Below are positions 24,721 through 34,105 of a stretch of DNA of 48,536 nucleotides, piece by piece; positions within the stretch are counted from its first letter, which is position 1, and each line of letters opens with the position of its first letter. Position numbers and translations under genes: made by a program. A model generated the notes under the pieces. The model was given only the letters and a program-made list of their open reading frames with translations, was not told the DNA's origin and made no database searches. Source of the DNA: an uncultured archaeon (GTDB lineage: Archaea; Iainarchaeota; Iainarchaeia; Iainarchaeales; 1-14-0-10-31-34); assembly GCA_964442255.1 (NCBI GenBank), contig CAYTYC010000010.1:1-48536 (forward strand). Reading direction: 5' to 3'.

Positions 24721-25260
24721 ATGCTCGCGGCAAAACTGTTTTCCTCCAATGAAAGGATTAGGGTGGTTGAACTGCTTTTGTATCAGCCGGAAAAGGAGTT
24801 GAAGGTCAGGAAAATCTCAAGAGCCGCCGGCGTTAGCCCGGCACTTGTTTCAGGCACCATAGCAATCCTTAAGGCACACGGAATAGTTAAAGGCGGAATG
24901 GCAGACTGCCTTCACCCGGCGGCAAAAGCCATGAAAATAATGCTTAACACTGAAAAAATTGAATCAATGAAACTGGTTCAGAAGGCAAAAGCCCTGTTCA
25001 AAAACTGCAAGGGCATTGGCCTGTATGGAAGCTGGGCAAACGGCACAAACAGCAAAGACAGCGATTTGGATTTGTGGATAAAGGCAGGCGGGGAAAGCGA
25101 TGAAAAAATAGCCGAATTTAGGAGAATCTTTAAGCGCCTTGGCCTGGAAGCAAATGTTATTGTGCTGACGGAAAAGAGGCTTAAGGAGTTAAAAGAAAAA
25201 GACTTTGTGTTCTATTGTTCTTTGCACAATTCTTTTGTATTGTGGGGGGAAGGCCCGTGA
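24721..25260 (+). CDS. HTH + minimal nucleotidyltransferase (MNT antitoxin)
   Basis: N-terminal HTH (VRKISRAAGVSPALVS); LYGSWANG..DSDLDL. Confidence 0.88.
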   Translation: MLAAKLFSSNERIRVVELLLYQPEKELKVRKISRAAGVSPALVSGTIAILKAHGIVKGGMADCLHPAAKAMKIMLNTEKIESMKLVQKAKALFKNCKGIGLYGSWANGTNSKDSDLDLWIKAGGESDEKIAEFRRIFKRLGLEANVIVLTEKRLKELKEKDFVFYCSLHNSFVLWGEGP

Positions 25261-25673
25261 TTGGCTTCAAAGAATGCGTTGAAAAAGGGCTTTTGAGAAG
25301 AATACCGCCTTCAAGAGAAAAAGCAGTTCAAAGCATTGGAAAGGCAAAACAGCTTCTTGAAGAAGCAAAAGCAAGCCTTGAAGAAGGCAGAGTAAACTCA
25401 ACAATAATCGTTGCCTACCTTGCCATTTTTCATGCCGCAAGGGCAATGCTTTTCAAAGACGGCTACAGGGAAAAAAGCCACGAGTGCACAATACGCTTCC
25501 TGGAAGAAAAACACCCTGAAATAAACCTCAAAAAAACAGAATCTTTGGAAAAATACAAAAGCGAAAGAAGCCATACCCAGTACGATGTAACCTACAGCCC
25601 AAATGAAGAACAAGCAGAAAAAATGGTAAAATTCACGGAAAAATTCATTCAAACCATGGAAAAGCTTGTATGA
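25257..25673 (+). CDS. HEPN-domain protein (MNT-HEPN TA toxin)
   Basis: AYLAIFHAARAML..GYREKSH..ERSHTQY; GTG start overlaps the MNT stop. Confidence 0.88.
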   Translation: MIGFKECVEKGLLRRIPPSREKAVQSIGKAKQLLEEAKASLEEGRVNSTIIVAYLAIFHAARAMLFKDGYREKSHECTIRFLEEKHPEINLKKTESLEKYKSERSHTQYDVTYSPNEEQAEKMVKFTEKFIQTMEKLV

Positions 25674-25710
25674 AAAACCCGACAACACATTGGGCGATTA
25701 GCTTGCCCAA

Positions 25711-25727
25711 ACGCTGCCAATCACTTT
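25711..25727 (+). repeat. Second downstream copy of the 5S rRNA 3' end (att-like repeat C3)
   Basis: acgctgccaatcacttt vs acgctgctaatcacttt at 20505-20521 (16/17 identical). Confidence 0.75.
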
Positions 25728-25926
25728 ATTTCTCTTTCTTCCAAACCAGTTTTCCGTTGATTATTGTGTGGCTGACTTCGTTTCCGTAGCACTGGTAAAC
25801 CAGGTTAAAGAAAGGGTCCCTGAAAGGAACCTGGTTTGGGTTGCCTGTTTCAATTAGAATTAAATCGGCTTTTTTTCCTTCCTCAATTGAGCCAAGTTTG
25901 TTTTCCATTCCAATGCATTTGGCGGC
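25726..25926 (-). pseudogene. C-terminal fragment of an amidohydrolase (MtaD/guanine deaminase-like)
   Basis: AAKCIGMENKLGSIEEGKKADLILI..LVYQ..VSHTIINGKLV; no N-terminal part present. Confidence 0.8.
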
Positions 25927-25929
25927 AAA

Positions 25930-26133
25930 ACAACGCAGTACAGGTTTGTGGGCAGGGAATTCTTTAACCCCACCGCAACGCACATTGCCGGCAACACCAT
26001 CTGCATAATCATCTGGTCAGCGCCGATAATAGGGATAATAATTGAAAACCGGGAAGTGGCGGACGCTTACAGGAAATACTTTAATTTGCTGTGGAAAATT
26101 GCGGAAAAAAGGCCGTGGAAAAGGAATGTTTAG
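25930..26133 (+). pseudogene. C-terminal fragment of a TrmB-like regulator
   Basis: TQYRFVGREFFNPTATHIAGNTICIIIW..IIIENREVADAYRKYFNLLWKIA; no HTH or N-terminus. Confidence 0.7.
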
Positions 26134-26193
26134 GGGGCGCAACAGCATTAAAAGACTTTTTTTGGAAGAATCAATTAAGTTCGGTGCAGGAAA

Positions 26194-27108
26194 ATGGGAA
26201 GAATTGTTTTGTACGGGTTTCACCTGTTTTTGGCTGGCGCGGCGCTGTACGGAGTAGCGGCGGCGGAATGGGCGCTGGGATTCTTTGACCGGCAAATTTT
26301 TTTCACCGCAACCGCATTGTTCGGAATAGCGCTTCTTTCCCTGGTTATTGATTTGGGGCTTCCCGCGCTCTTTTTTCCGCCTGACAGGAAACTCAGGGTT
26401 GAGCCCATAAACCCGCAAAAGGTCAGCGTGGGAATGACCGCATACAACGATGAAAAAGCAATAGGAAACGCGGTAAAAGACTTTAAAGAACAGAAAAGCG
26501 TTGTCGGGGTGACAGTAATAGACAACAACTGCAAAGACAACACAGCGGAAGAGGCAAAAAAAGCCGGGGCAAGGGTTGCAAAGGAAACAGTCCAGGGTTA
26601 TGGCGCTGCAAGCATGCGCGCCCTGAAAGAGGCAAGAAAAAAAGGAAACATTGTGTGTTTGGTGGAAGGAGACGGAACCTTTTCCGCAAGGGATTTAAGC
26701 AAGCTGCTTGCGTACCTTGAAAACGTTGACATGGTTCTCGGCACAAGGACAACCGCGGAAATAGTGGAAAAGGATTCACAGGTAACGCTTTTCATGCGGT
26801 ACGGGAATTTGTTCATGGCAAAACTGATTCAGCTGAGGTACTGGGACAAATTAAGGCTCACGGATGTCGGGTGCACTTACCGGCTGATAAGGCCTGAGGC
26901 ACTGGACAAAATAATGCCGCAGCTCAAGGTCACAGGCCACCACTTTTCCCCGCACATGGTTTTAACCGCGCTCAAAAACAATTTGAAAATAATTGAGGTG
27001 CCGGTTACCTTCAAAAAAAGGGTCGGGGAAAGCAAAGGCGTGGGGTCAAGCAAAACAAAGGGCCTGATTACGGGAATGCGGATGTGGAAAATGATCCTCC
27101 TCCACTAG
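26194..27108 (+). CDS. GT2 glycosyltransferase, polyprenol-phosphate sugar synthase-like, with two N-terminal TM helices
   Basis: VGMTAYNDE, IDNNCKD, QGYGAA, EGDGT, TDVGCTYR and IIEVPVTFKKRVGESK. Confidence 0.88.
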   Translation: MGRIVLYGFHLFLAGAALYGVAAAEWALGFFDRQIFFTATALFGIALLSLVIDLGLPALFFPPDRKLRVEPINPQKVSVGMTAYNDEKAIGNAVKDFKEQKSVVGVTVIDNNCKDNTAEEAKKAGARVAKETVQGYGAASMRALKEARKKGNIVCLVEGDGTFSARDLSKLLAYLENVDMVLGTRTTAEIVEKDSQVTLFMRYGNLFMAKLIQLRYWDKLRLTDVGCTYRLIRPEALDKIMPQLKVTGHHFSPHMVLTALKNNLKIIEVPVTFKKRVGESKGVGSSKTKGLITGMRMWKMILLH

Positions 27109-28850
27109 CGCCTGAAAAAAATGAAAAGAAAGCCACCCAAAGAAACCAAGGAAATAATTATTGCAATCCAGTCAACCGCGGTTGGAAGGTATTTGAGTTC
27201 AAGTGTGGCCGGCTTACCTGAAAAAACCTTCATTCCATGCAAGTGCTTTTCCACAGGCACTTCCTTTCCGTCGAGGAAGGCCTTCCACCCCGGAAAATAA
27301 TTCACTTTAATGAAGGCCTCGCCAGAGGAAACCTTTGCTTTAATGTAAGTGTTTTCGTATTGCAGCAGTTCCGCGTTTTCAATTAAAGGAGCGTTTTCAG
27401 GCAAAACAAACAAGGCGGGAATTTTTCCGGGTTCCGAAACCGGAAGAAAGCCGCATCCGGAAAGGTAAGCGGAAGCGCCTTCGCTTAAGGAAACCCAGTG
27501 CGTTGTGGATGTGAGGGCAGCGCCTTCCCTGAACTCTTCACAGCCCAAACCCATGGAAACAAGTTTCCGGAATTCAAATCCTTCGCTTAAAGCATAGGCG
27601 TTATAGCCCCAGCCCAAAAGACTGCTTAAATCGTATTTCAGGGAAGAATAAGCGGAAATTATGGGGTCATAGGGAAAAACCTCAAAACGGGTTTTATGCG
27701 GGATTTGCGTTAAAAGGGCGTCAACTTCACTGAAATCCTTTACGCCCCCAAAAGAATAACTGGAAAAACGCGGCTCCTGAAGGAAGTACTGGGAATTTAT
27801 TTTCGGGACAAAAAAAACCGCAAGGAGGAGGAAAGCCGCGGCAAGCGCAAGCGAGTAAGCCGCGGTTTTTTCGCTGAAAACTTTTCGGCGGAAAAGAAAC
27901 ATTCCGGAAAGCAGGAGAACAAAAACGAAGAAAACGTGGAAGCTGTGCGCAAAAGGCTTTTCAATCAGGGGAAGGAAGGGGAAAAAGGTTTGAAGGCAGG
28001 ATAAGGCAAGGGCAAGGGCAAGCAGGCGAAAAATTCTTTCGGAAAAAGGAATGCGCTTCAGCAGGAAGAATGCGAAAACCAGGAGAAGCAAGGCAACAAA
28101 AAAATAGTTTGAGGCCATTATTCCCGCGCTCACCAACTCCAGGCCTGCCTGCGTTGAAACAACGGAAAAGGGAAGGAAAGCGAAAAAGGGAAGAACCCAA
28201 AAAGAGGTTAAGCCTGCGGAAAGCAATCCAACCGAGAAAAGTTTTTTGAGTTCCGGAAGGCTTTTCACCATCACAAGAAAGGCCGGAGCGAGAAAAAAGA
28301 GGGTTGCGGTGTGGCTTAATGCGACAAAGGAAATCGCGAGGCTGGAGAGGAGAAAGTATTTTCTGGAAAAGCCTTTTTCCTCAAGGAATTTATAGAAAAA
28401 AACGAATGCAAACAGGAAAGCAAACCAGGCAAAGAATTCATAGTAGCGGGCAAAAAACTTGAATGTTATCGGGTTCAATGCAAACACAAGGCCCGCGGTT
28501 AGGGAATAGCGCTTGTTCAGCCTGAACAGGTTTCCTATTGGAATGAATGCAAGCGGAACCAGGAGGCGGAGCACGAAAATGCTTAAAGTCAGGGGAAGGG
28601 TGAAGGCACCGAAGCCAAGGAACTTGAAGAAAAGAGGAAGGAAAGAGGGAAGAAAGCCGTCAAAGGTTGAAACCGGCACGCCAAGCAAAAGGTTTTTGCT
28701 CCAGCCCTCAAAGGCGTAATTGTATCTCAGCGCATACCCTGCGTAATCAAATCCCAAATCGTCAAAGAACTGCGTGGAAAAGGCGCTGAAAACAAGGAGA
28801 AGATAGCCGGCAACAATCACCGCATTCAATAAATCGTTTTTTGAAGGCAT
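27105..28850 (-). CDS. Multi-pass membrane protein, GT-C/YfhO-like
   Basis: Many TM helices, LTSFWVLPF, C-terminal VNYFPGWKAFLDG. Start probably ATG 28850 (ORF open to 28928). Confidence 0.75.
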   Translation of the reverse strand: MPSKNDLLNAVIVAGYLLLVFSAFSTQFFDDLGFDYAGYALRYNYAFEGWSKNLLLGVPVSTFDGFLPSFLPLFFKFLGFGAFTLPLTLSIFVLRLLVPLAFIPIGNLFRLNKRYSLTAGLVFALNPITFKFFARYYEFFAWFAFLFAFVFFYKFLEEKGFSRKYFLLSSLAISFVALSHTATLFFLAPAFLVMVKSLPELKKLFSVGLLSAGLTSFWVLPFFAFLPFSVVSTQAGLELVSAGIMASNYFFVALLLLVFAFFLLKRIPFSERIFRLLALALALSCLQTFFPFLPLIEKPFAHSFHVFFVFVLLLSGMFLFRRKVFSEKTAAYSLALAAAFLLLAVFFVPKINSQYFLQEPRFSSYSFGGVKDFSEVDALLTQIPHKTRFEVFPYDPIISAYSSLKYDLSSLLGWGYNAYALSEGFEFRKLVSMGLGCEEFREGAALTSTTHWVSLSEGASAYLSGCGFLPVSEPGKIPALFVLPENAPLIENAELLQYENTYIKAKVSSGEAFIKVNYFPGWKAFLDGKEVPVEKHLHGMKVFSGKPATLELKYLPTAVDWIAIIISLVSLGGFLFIFFRR

Positions 28851-29127
28851 TTTCCGGTAAAATAAGGGGGCGCAGAGGTTAAATAAATGTTCCGCACCTG
28901 TGAAAAAGGTTTGGATGCTGAACACCAAAAATATTTAATTCAGGAACGGCTTACTGTTAAAGGTTTTTCGGGTGTCAGTGGAGGGCAACCGAAACAGGCG
29001 CTGAAAAACCAATTTCACCCCTTTTCCTGTTTTATTGTGCTTTCTTTGCGGAAACAATGCTTTTTTCACAAGCCTTTAAATTGGTTTGCCTGAAGATTAT
29101 ATAGTTAATTTTCGGATAGGGAAGGGC

Positions 29128-31038
29128 ATGGAATTCAACCTGGAAAAATGCAGGGAAAGGCTGAAAAGCCGGGAAACGCTTTTGCTGCTCGTCATATTTC
29201 TTCTCGCGTTCGGGGTAAGGGCGCACGTGATGTCCTACGAGTACATGTTCGGGTTTGACTCGTACTTTCACGCCAGAATCGTAAGCTACGTGATACAGGA
29301 CGGGGCGGTGCCGGAAGTCGATCCCCTCGCATACTATTACAAGCCGGAGGGGGCAAGCATCGGAAACATAACCCCTGTGTTCTGGTACGGCACGGCACTG
29401 ATATACAATATTTTCACCCTGGGAACGGGATACGACAAGGAAGTGTGGATTGGCTTCGTGAAAATTTTGCCCGCATTGTTCGGGGCATTGATTGCGGTGG
29501 CAATGTATTTTTTCATGAAAGAAGCATACGGAAGAAAGGCCGGGTATGTTGCGGCACTGGTTGCGGCGGTTGTGCCGGCCTTCGTGTACAGGACAATGGC
29601 GGGGTTTTTTGAGGAAGACTCCCTCGGATTTCTGTGGCTCATAATGGGGTTCTATTTTTTCGTTAAAGCGGTTAAGCCAATGGAATTCAACAGGGAAACG
29701 GCAGCCAATGCGCTGATTGCCGCCTTCTTTTTCGTGGTGATGGCGTGGACCTGGGGAATGTTTTTGCTTGTGCCCATAGTGCTGGTCTCGTACTTCACAC
29801 TTAATTTGGCGATGATGGCGCTAAAAAAATTCAAGGCAAAAGAAATCAAGGCGTTTGCCGCGGTTTTTGCGGTGATGTTTGTTGTTTTTGCGGTTGGCGC
29901 GACACTAAAAGACCAGGGGGAATGGGCTTACCGTTCCTATGAATACGTTTCAAACTACCTTCCGGTAAGCGGGGAAAACATTGAAAGATACCAAAGCAAG
30001 GGTCCGGGAATTCTGGCGCAAACGGTGGGGGAAGAAAACCTTGGGGCAGATTATTTCGGAAACAAGTACAATGCGCTCATATTCTTTCCGGCTGCGGCAC
30101 TGCTTTTGATTCCGTTGAGGGTGATGCGGAAAAAAGACGTTGTCAGCCTGATGGTTTTCTTTTACATTGCGGTAACGCTTTTCATGGCAATAAGCAAGCT
30201 CAAATTCACTTACACTTTTGGTTTGCCTATTGCCGCCGCGGCGGGAATGGTCACGGTTGAATTCATGGAATTCAGCAAAGGACGGGGGGGACTGGAAAAA
30301 AAGCTCGTGCTCTTCGGATTGGGTTTTCTTCTGCTTGCAGGCGTTGCGTCGGGAAGCTTTTTCATGTCACAGCAGAAGCCAAACATAGAGGAAAACAACG
30401 GATGGAAGGACGCGCTGAAATGGATGAAGGAAAACACCCCGGAAGACGCAAGCTTCCTGAACTGGTGGGATGAAGGGCACTGGATTACATTTTTGGGGGA
30501 AAGAAAGGCGGCACTGGACAACAGGAACTTTGATTACCAGGCGGACAGGGAAGTGGGGGCATTCATGATAGCGGAAGACGAAAACAAGGCAGGGGAACTC
30601 CTGGAAAAATTCCATCCGGACTACATTATACTGGATTCTTCAAGCCTGACGCAAATGCAGTCCTTCGCGGTTTACGCGTTTGAAAGCGTTGACCCAAGCA
30701 ACACCAGCCTCCAGGGATACGCCGGGTTTGCGTTCGGGTGCGGAATACAGCAAAACCCGCTGACCATGGAAAAAAAGGTGGCGTGCGGAGGCAACACGTT
30801 CACGGAAGAAGAGTATGTGGCATTGCCAAGCACGTGGAAGCCAATGCCAAACGCAAACTTCAATCCCCAGGTGCCTGCATACATGTACCGGGGAGAATAC
30901 GAAACGGTGCTGTACATTTTAAGCCCGAAGTCAAACAAAACCATGCTGGCAAGAATCTGGTTCAATGACCCCGCGCTGGAGGGCTTCATGGAAGTGTACG
31001 GGCAAAAAGGGGTCAAAATCTTTAAGGCGGGGCAGTAA
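29128..31038 (+). CDS. aglB: Oligosaccharyltransferase AglB (STT3 family)
   Basis: FDSYFHAR, RTMAGFFEED, TVGEE and WWDEGHWI (WWDxG motif). Confidence 0.93.
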   Translation: MEFNLEKCRERLKSRETLLLLVIFLLAFGVRAHVMSYEYMFGFDSYFHARIVSYVIQDGAVPEVDPLAYYYKPEGASIGNITPVFWYGTALIYNIFTLGTGYDKEVWIGFVKILPALFGALIAVAMYFFMKEAYGRKAGYVAALVAAVVPAFVYRTMAGFFEEDSLGFLWLIMGFYFFVKAVKPMEFNRETAANALIAAFFFVVMAWTWGMFLLVPIVLVSYFTLNLAMMALKKFKAKEIKAFAAVFAVMFVVFAVGATLKDQGEWAYRSYEYVSNYLPVSGENIERYQSKGPGILAQTVGEENLGADYFGNKYNALIFFPAAALLLIPLRVMRKKDVVSLMVFFYIAVTLFMAISKLKFTYTFGLPIAAAAGMVTVEFMEFSKGRGGLEKKLVLFGLGFLLLAGVASGSFFMSQQKPNIEENNGWKDALKWMKENTPEDASFLNWWDEGHWITFLGERKAALDNRNFDYQADREVGAFMIAEDENKAGELLEKFHPDYIILDSSSLTQMQSFAVYAFESVDPSNTSLQGYAGFAFGCGIQQNPLTMEKKVACGGNTFTEEEYVALPSTWKPMPNANFNPQVPAYMYRGEYETVLYILSPKSNKTMLARIWFNDPALEGFMEVYGQKGVKIFKAGQ

Positions 31039-31054
31039 AAAAACGGTTGATTGA

Positions 31055-32050
31055 ATGGCTGAACTGCTTGCTGTTTCACTGGCCGTAATTGTTTCCAGCG
31101 CATTAACCGCCTACTTCATTACCCCGGCAATCATCCGAAGAATGAACAAGCGCGGGCTGGTGGGCAGGGACATGAACAAGGCGGAAAAGCCTGAGGTGGC
31201 GGAACTTGGCGGAATTTCAGTGCTGTTCGCCTTAAGCATCGGGCTCACCACGGCGATTTTTGCGCACACTTATCTGGGTTTTTCAATGAACCTTACGGCA
31301 GTTCTTGCGGCGTTTCTTACAGTGGTGTTAATCGGATTTCTGGGAATAGTGGACGATTTAATCGGGTGGAAGAAAGGAATAAGGCAGTACCAGCACGCGC
31401 TGTTTCCCTTGTTTGCGGCCCTTCCCTTAATGGCTTTAAAAGTTGGGGAAACGACAATGAATTTTCCCTTTGTGGGGGACATTCATTTGGGGATTCTTTA
31501 CTCGCTTTTGGTTGTGCCCATAGGGGTTACGGGGGCGGCGAACGCATTTAACATGCTTGCGGGCTTCAACGGCCTGGAGGCGGGGATGGGCGCAATAATT
31601 ACGGGAACAATTGCGGCAATCGCATTTATGGCCGGAAGCTTTGAAGCAATGATTTTGATGCTTGCGATTTTTGGCGCCTTGCTTGCGTTCCTGAAATTCA
31701 ACTGGTTTCCTGCAAAAATTTTTCCCGGGGATTCCCTTACTTTAATGATTGGGGCGTCCATTGCCGCGGCGGTTATAATTGGAAACATGGAAAAAATCGG
31801 GGTAATGCTTTTGGCGCTTTACTTTGTGGAGCTGGGCTTCAAGGCAAAACACAAGTTCCAGTCCGAATGCTACGGAATTCCGCAGGAAGACGGAACCCTG
31901 CAGGCAGACCCAAGAGGGGGCTCATTGACGCAGTGGATTATGCGGAGGGGAAGCTTCACGGAAAAACAGGTGGTTGCAAGGCTTCTTTTGGCCCAGGGGG
32001 CCATTTCATTAATTGTCTTTTTATTGTTTTACTTCAAATTATTTATCTGA
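31055..32050 (+). CDS. aglH: UDP-GlcNAc:dolichyl-phosphate GlcNAc-1-P transferase (AglH/Alg7, MraY-like family)
   Basis: GRDMNK, ELGG, GIVDD, NAFNMLAGFNGLEAG and FNWFPAKIFPGDS. Confidence 0.9.
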   Translation: MAELLAVSLAVIVSSALTAYFITPAIIRRMNKRGLVGRDMNKAEKPEVAELGGISVLFALSIGLTTAIFAHTYLGFSMNLTAVLAAFLTVVLIGFLGIVDDLIGWKKGIRQYQHALFPLFAALPLMALKVGETTMNFPFVGDIHLGILYSLLVVPIGVTGAANAFNMLAGFNGLEAGMGAIITGTIAAIAFMAGSFEAMILMLAIFGALLAFLKFNWFPAKIFPGDSLTLMIGASIAAAVIIGNMEKIGVMLLALYFVELGFKAKHKFQSECYGIPQEDGTLQADPRGGSLTQWIMRRGSFTEKQVVARLLLAQGAISLIVFLLFYFKLFI

Positions 32051-32065
32051 AGCCGGGCGAAATCC

Positions 32066-32512
32066 ATGAAGGTCTGTCTTGTCTGTTCAGCGGGGGGGCA
32101 TCTTTCCGAGCTAATGCAGCTAAAAAAATTTTATTCTGGCTACGAACACTTTTACCTCACATTCAGGAGGCCGGATTCAGAGGGACTGGCTGAAAAAGAA
32201 AATGTTTTTTTTGTTTCCGACCCGGCAAGAAACCCGCTGAAATTTGTGTTGAATTTTTTTCAGTCACTGAAAATTTTTTTGACGGAAAAGCCGGATGTAA
32301 TTATTTCAACCGGGGCAGGGGTTGCGCTGGGCGAGATTTTTACCGCAAAGCTGTTCAGGAAAAAAATTGTGTTCGTTGAATCGTTCTGCAGAATCAGTTC
32401 CCCGAGCGTTACGGCAAGAATTGTTTACCCTTTCGCGGACCTGTTTTTTGTGCAATGGAAACAGAATTTAAGGTTTTTTCCGAAGGCAATTTACGCGGGG
32501 TCGGTTTTTTGA
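32066..32512 (+). CDS. Alg14/PssD-like GlcNAc transferase N-terminal subunit
   Basis: CSAGGHLSEL, ISTGAGVA, VFVESFCR..PSVT and FFVQW. Confidence 0.9.
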   Translation: MKVCLVCSAGGHLSELMQLKKFYSGYEHFYLTFRRPDSEGLAEKENVFFVSDPARNPLKFVLNFFQSLKIFLTEKPDVIISTGAGVALGEIFTAKLFRKKIVFVESFCRISSPSVTARIVYPFADLFFVQWKQNLRFFPKAIYAGSVF

Positions 32513-33018
32513 GGAAACTCTTTGTCACGGTTGGAACGCACAGGCAGCAGTTCAACAGGCTGCTGGAGGCGGTGGATAAATTGAAGGGAAACGGGAAACT
32601 GAAGTTCGGGGTTTTTGCGCAGAGCGGCCACTGCACATACAAGCCGAAAAACTTTGAGGCAGGGGATTTTTTGCCTGACGAAGAGTATTTCTCGCGCCTC
32701 GGGGGCTGTTCTTTGGTGATAAGCCATGCGGGGGCAGGGACAATAATCAATGCGCTGAAGCACGGAAAGCCGCTGGTGATTGTTCCGAGGCTGAAGAAGT
32801 ACGGCGAGCACACAAACGACCACCAGAAGGACATCGCAAAGGCAATGGAAGAAGAAGGCAGGGCTGTCGCGGCCGGGGATTTGCGGGAATTGGGGAAAAA
32901 GATTGAGGAAGCGCTTGCAAGGCCGCCTGTGAAGGGAAGCGGAGCCGAGGGGATGGGGAAAACGATAGCGGAATTTCTCCTCAAGCAGGAAAAAATGCTA
33001 TGCAGGAAAAAATTTTAA
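32509..33018 (+). CDS. Alg13/PssE-like GT28 C-terminal subunit
   Basis: FVTVGT..QFNRLL, VISHAGAGTI and VPRLKKYGEHTNDHQ; TTG start overlaps the previous stop. Confidence 0.9.
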   Translation: MRKLFVTVGTHRQQFNRLLEAVDKLKGNGKLKFGVFAQSGHCTYKPKNFEAGDFLPDEEYFSRLGGCSLVISHAGAGTIINALKHGKPLVIVPRLKKYGEHTNDHQKDIAKAMEEEGRAVAAGDLRELGKKIEEALARPPVKGSGAEGMGKTIAEFLLKQEKMLCRKKF

Positions 33019-33108
33019 AAAATCAGGCAGAACATTGATTAATCCTTCCGCTACAAACTTGCTTGCCAGCATCCATCCCTCAAACAGGGCAAATTATCTT
33101 ACCAACTT

Positions 33109-34101
33109 CTATGACCGCATATCAGCTTTCGCAATTTTACATAAGCCATTTGTGCTTTCCTTGAATTTGGCAATACTTTCCTCTTTTTCTGGTTTCCTGA
33201 AGATGTATAAGTTTTCGTGTGCCAGAAGCAAAAAATTATTTTTTATTGACATGCCTTTCCAAAGGGGGGCTGTTTTAGTATTGTGCTGTGCTTTGATAAC
33301 ATTTTCTTTTAGTATGAAACCAATATCCATAAATGCCTGCAGCGTTCTCGCCGAGATTGGAACCTGGTGCTTATGCCTTCTCGTGTCTCCAATTAAAATA
33401 GCACAATATTTTCCTGGCTTTAGCACTCTCCAGAACTCTTTTGCCACTCTCTTTATTTCTTCTGTAAATTCTTCTATTGAATGAACTTTAGACAAGTCCC
33501 CAGCTTGCTTATGGTTTGAGTTTTTGGTGTAAGAGATTATGCTGGCATAAGGCGGGTGCGTTGCAATTAAATCAACGCTTTCGTCCTTTATCAGGTTTAG
33601 GTTTCTAGCGTCCCCGACATAAGTTTTCTGCGCGGCTTTTGAAAGATTTTGATTAAGAGAGCTGAAGTTAAGCCGATCTCTTGCCAGAATCAATGCTTCT
33701 TTATTTATGTCAACCGCAATGCCATTTCTTCCTGTCAGCTTGCATTCTAATAATGTTGTGCCACTGCCAACAAAAGCATCCAGAACAGCGTCCCCTTCTT
33801 TAGAATATCTCAATATGAGATTCCTTGCCACCTGTGGGGCCCAATTGCCCCTGTACTTTGCATTCAAATAATGTGTTGCCCAGTTCCCCCTTTTTGGAAA
33901 ACTCCAAACAGTATTTGTTTCCAGCTCAAAATCTTTTGGTTGCAATTCTGTTATACCCCACGGTTTTCCTATCTCGAGTTCAGTATCTTCGATAACTATT
34001 TTTTTGGTTTTTTTGACAAACTCAAGATAATCTGTTTGGGTTAGCTCCTGCATTGTAATTAATGATTCTTGAGTTTTCGGCACTAATTTTTGTTCCAGCA
34101 T
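33109..34101 (-). CDS. N4/N6 DNA methyltransferase
   Basis: Motif I DAFVGSGTT, motif IV THPPY, RVLKPGKYCAILIGD. Confidence 0.88.
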   Translation of the reverse strand: MLEQKLVPKTQESLITMQELTQTDYLEFVKKTKKIVIEDTELEIGKPWGITELQPKDFELETNTVWSFPKRGNWATHYLNAKYRGNWAPQVARNLILRYSKEGDAVLDAFVGSGTTLLECKLTGRNGIAVDINKEALILARDRLNFSSLNQNLSKAAQKTYVGDARNLNLIKDESVDLIATHPPYASIISYTKNSNHKQAGDLSKVHSIEEFTEEIKRVAKEFWRVLKPGKYCAILIGDTRRHKHQVPISARTLQAFMDIGFILKENVIKAQHNTKTAPLWKGMSIKNNFLLLAHENLYIFRKPEKEESIAKFKESTNGLCKIAKADMRS

Positions 34102-34105
34102 GCCA

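Noticed and set aside
33039..33045. ttaatcc shared with the radical SAM 3' end (35216) as a boundary repeat of the MTase island
   Set aside because: Only 7 bp; not distinguishable from chance.
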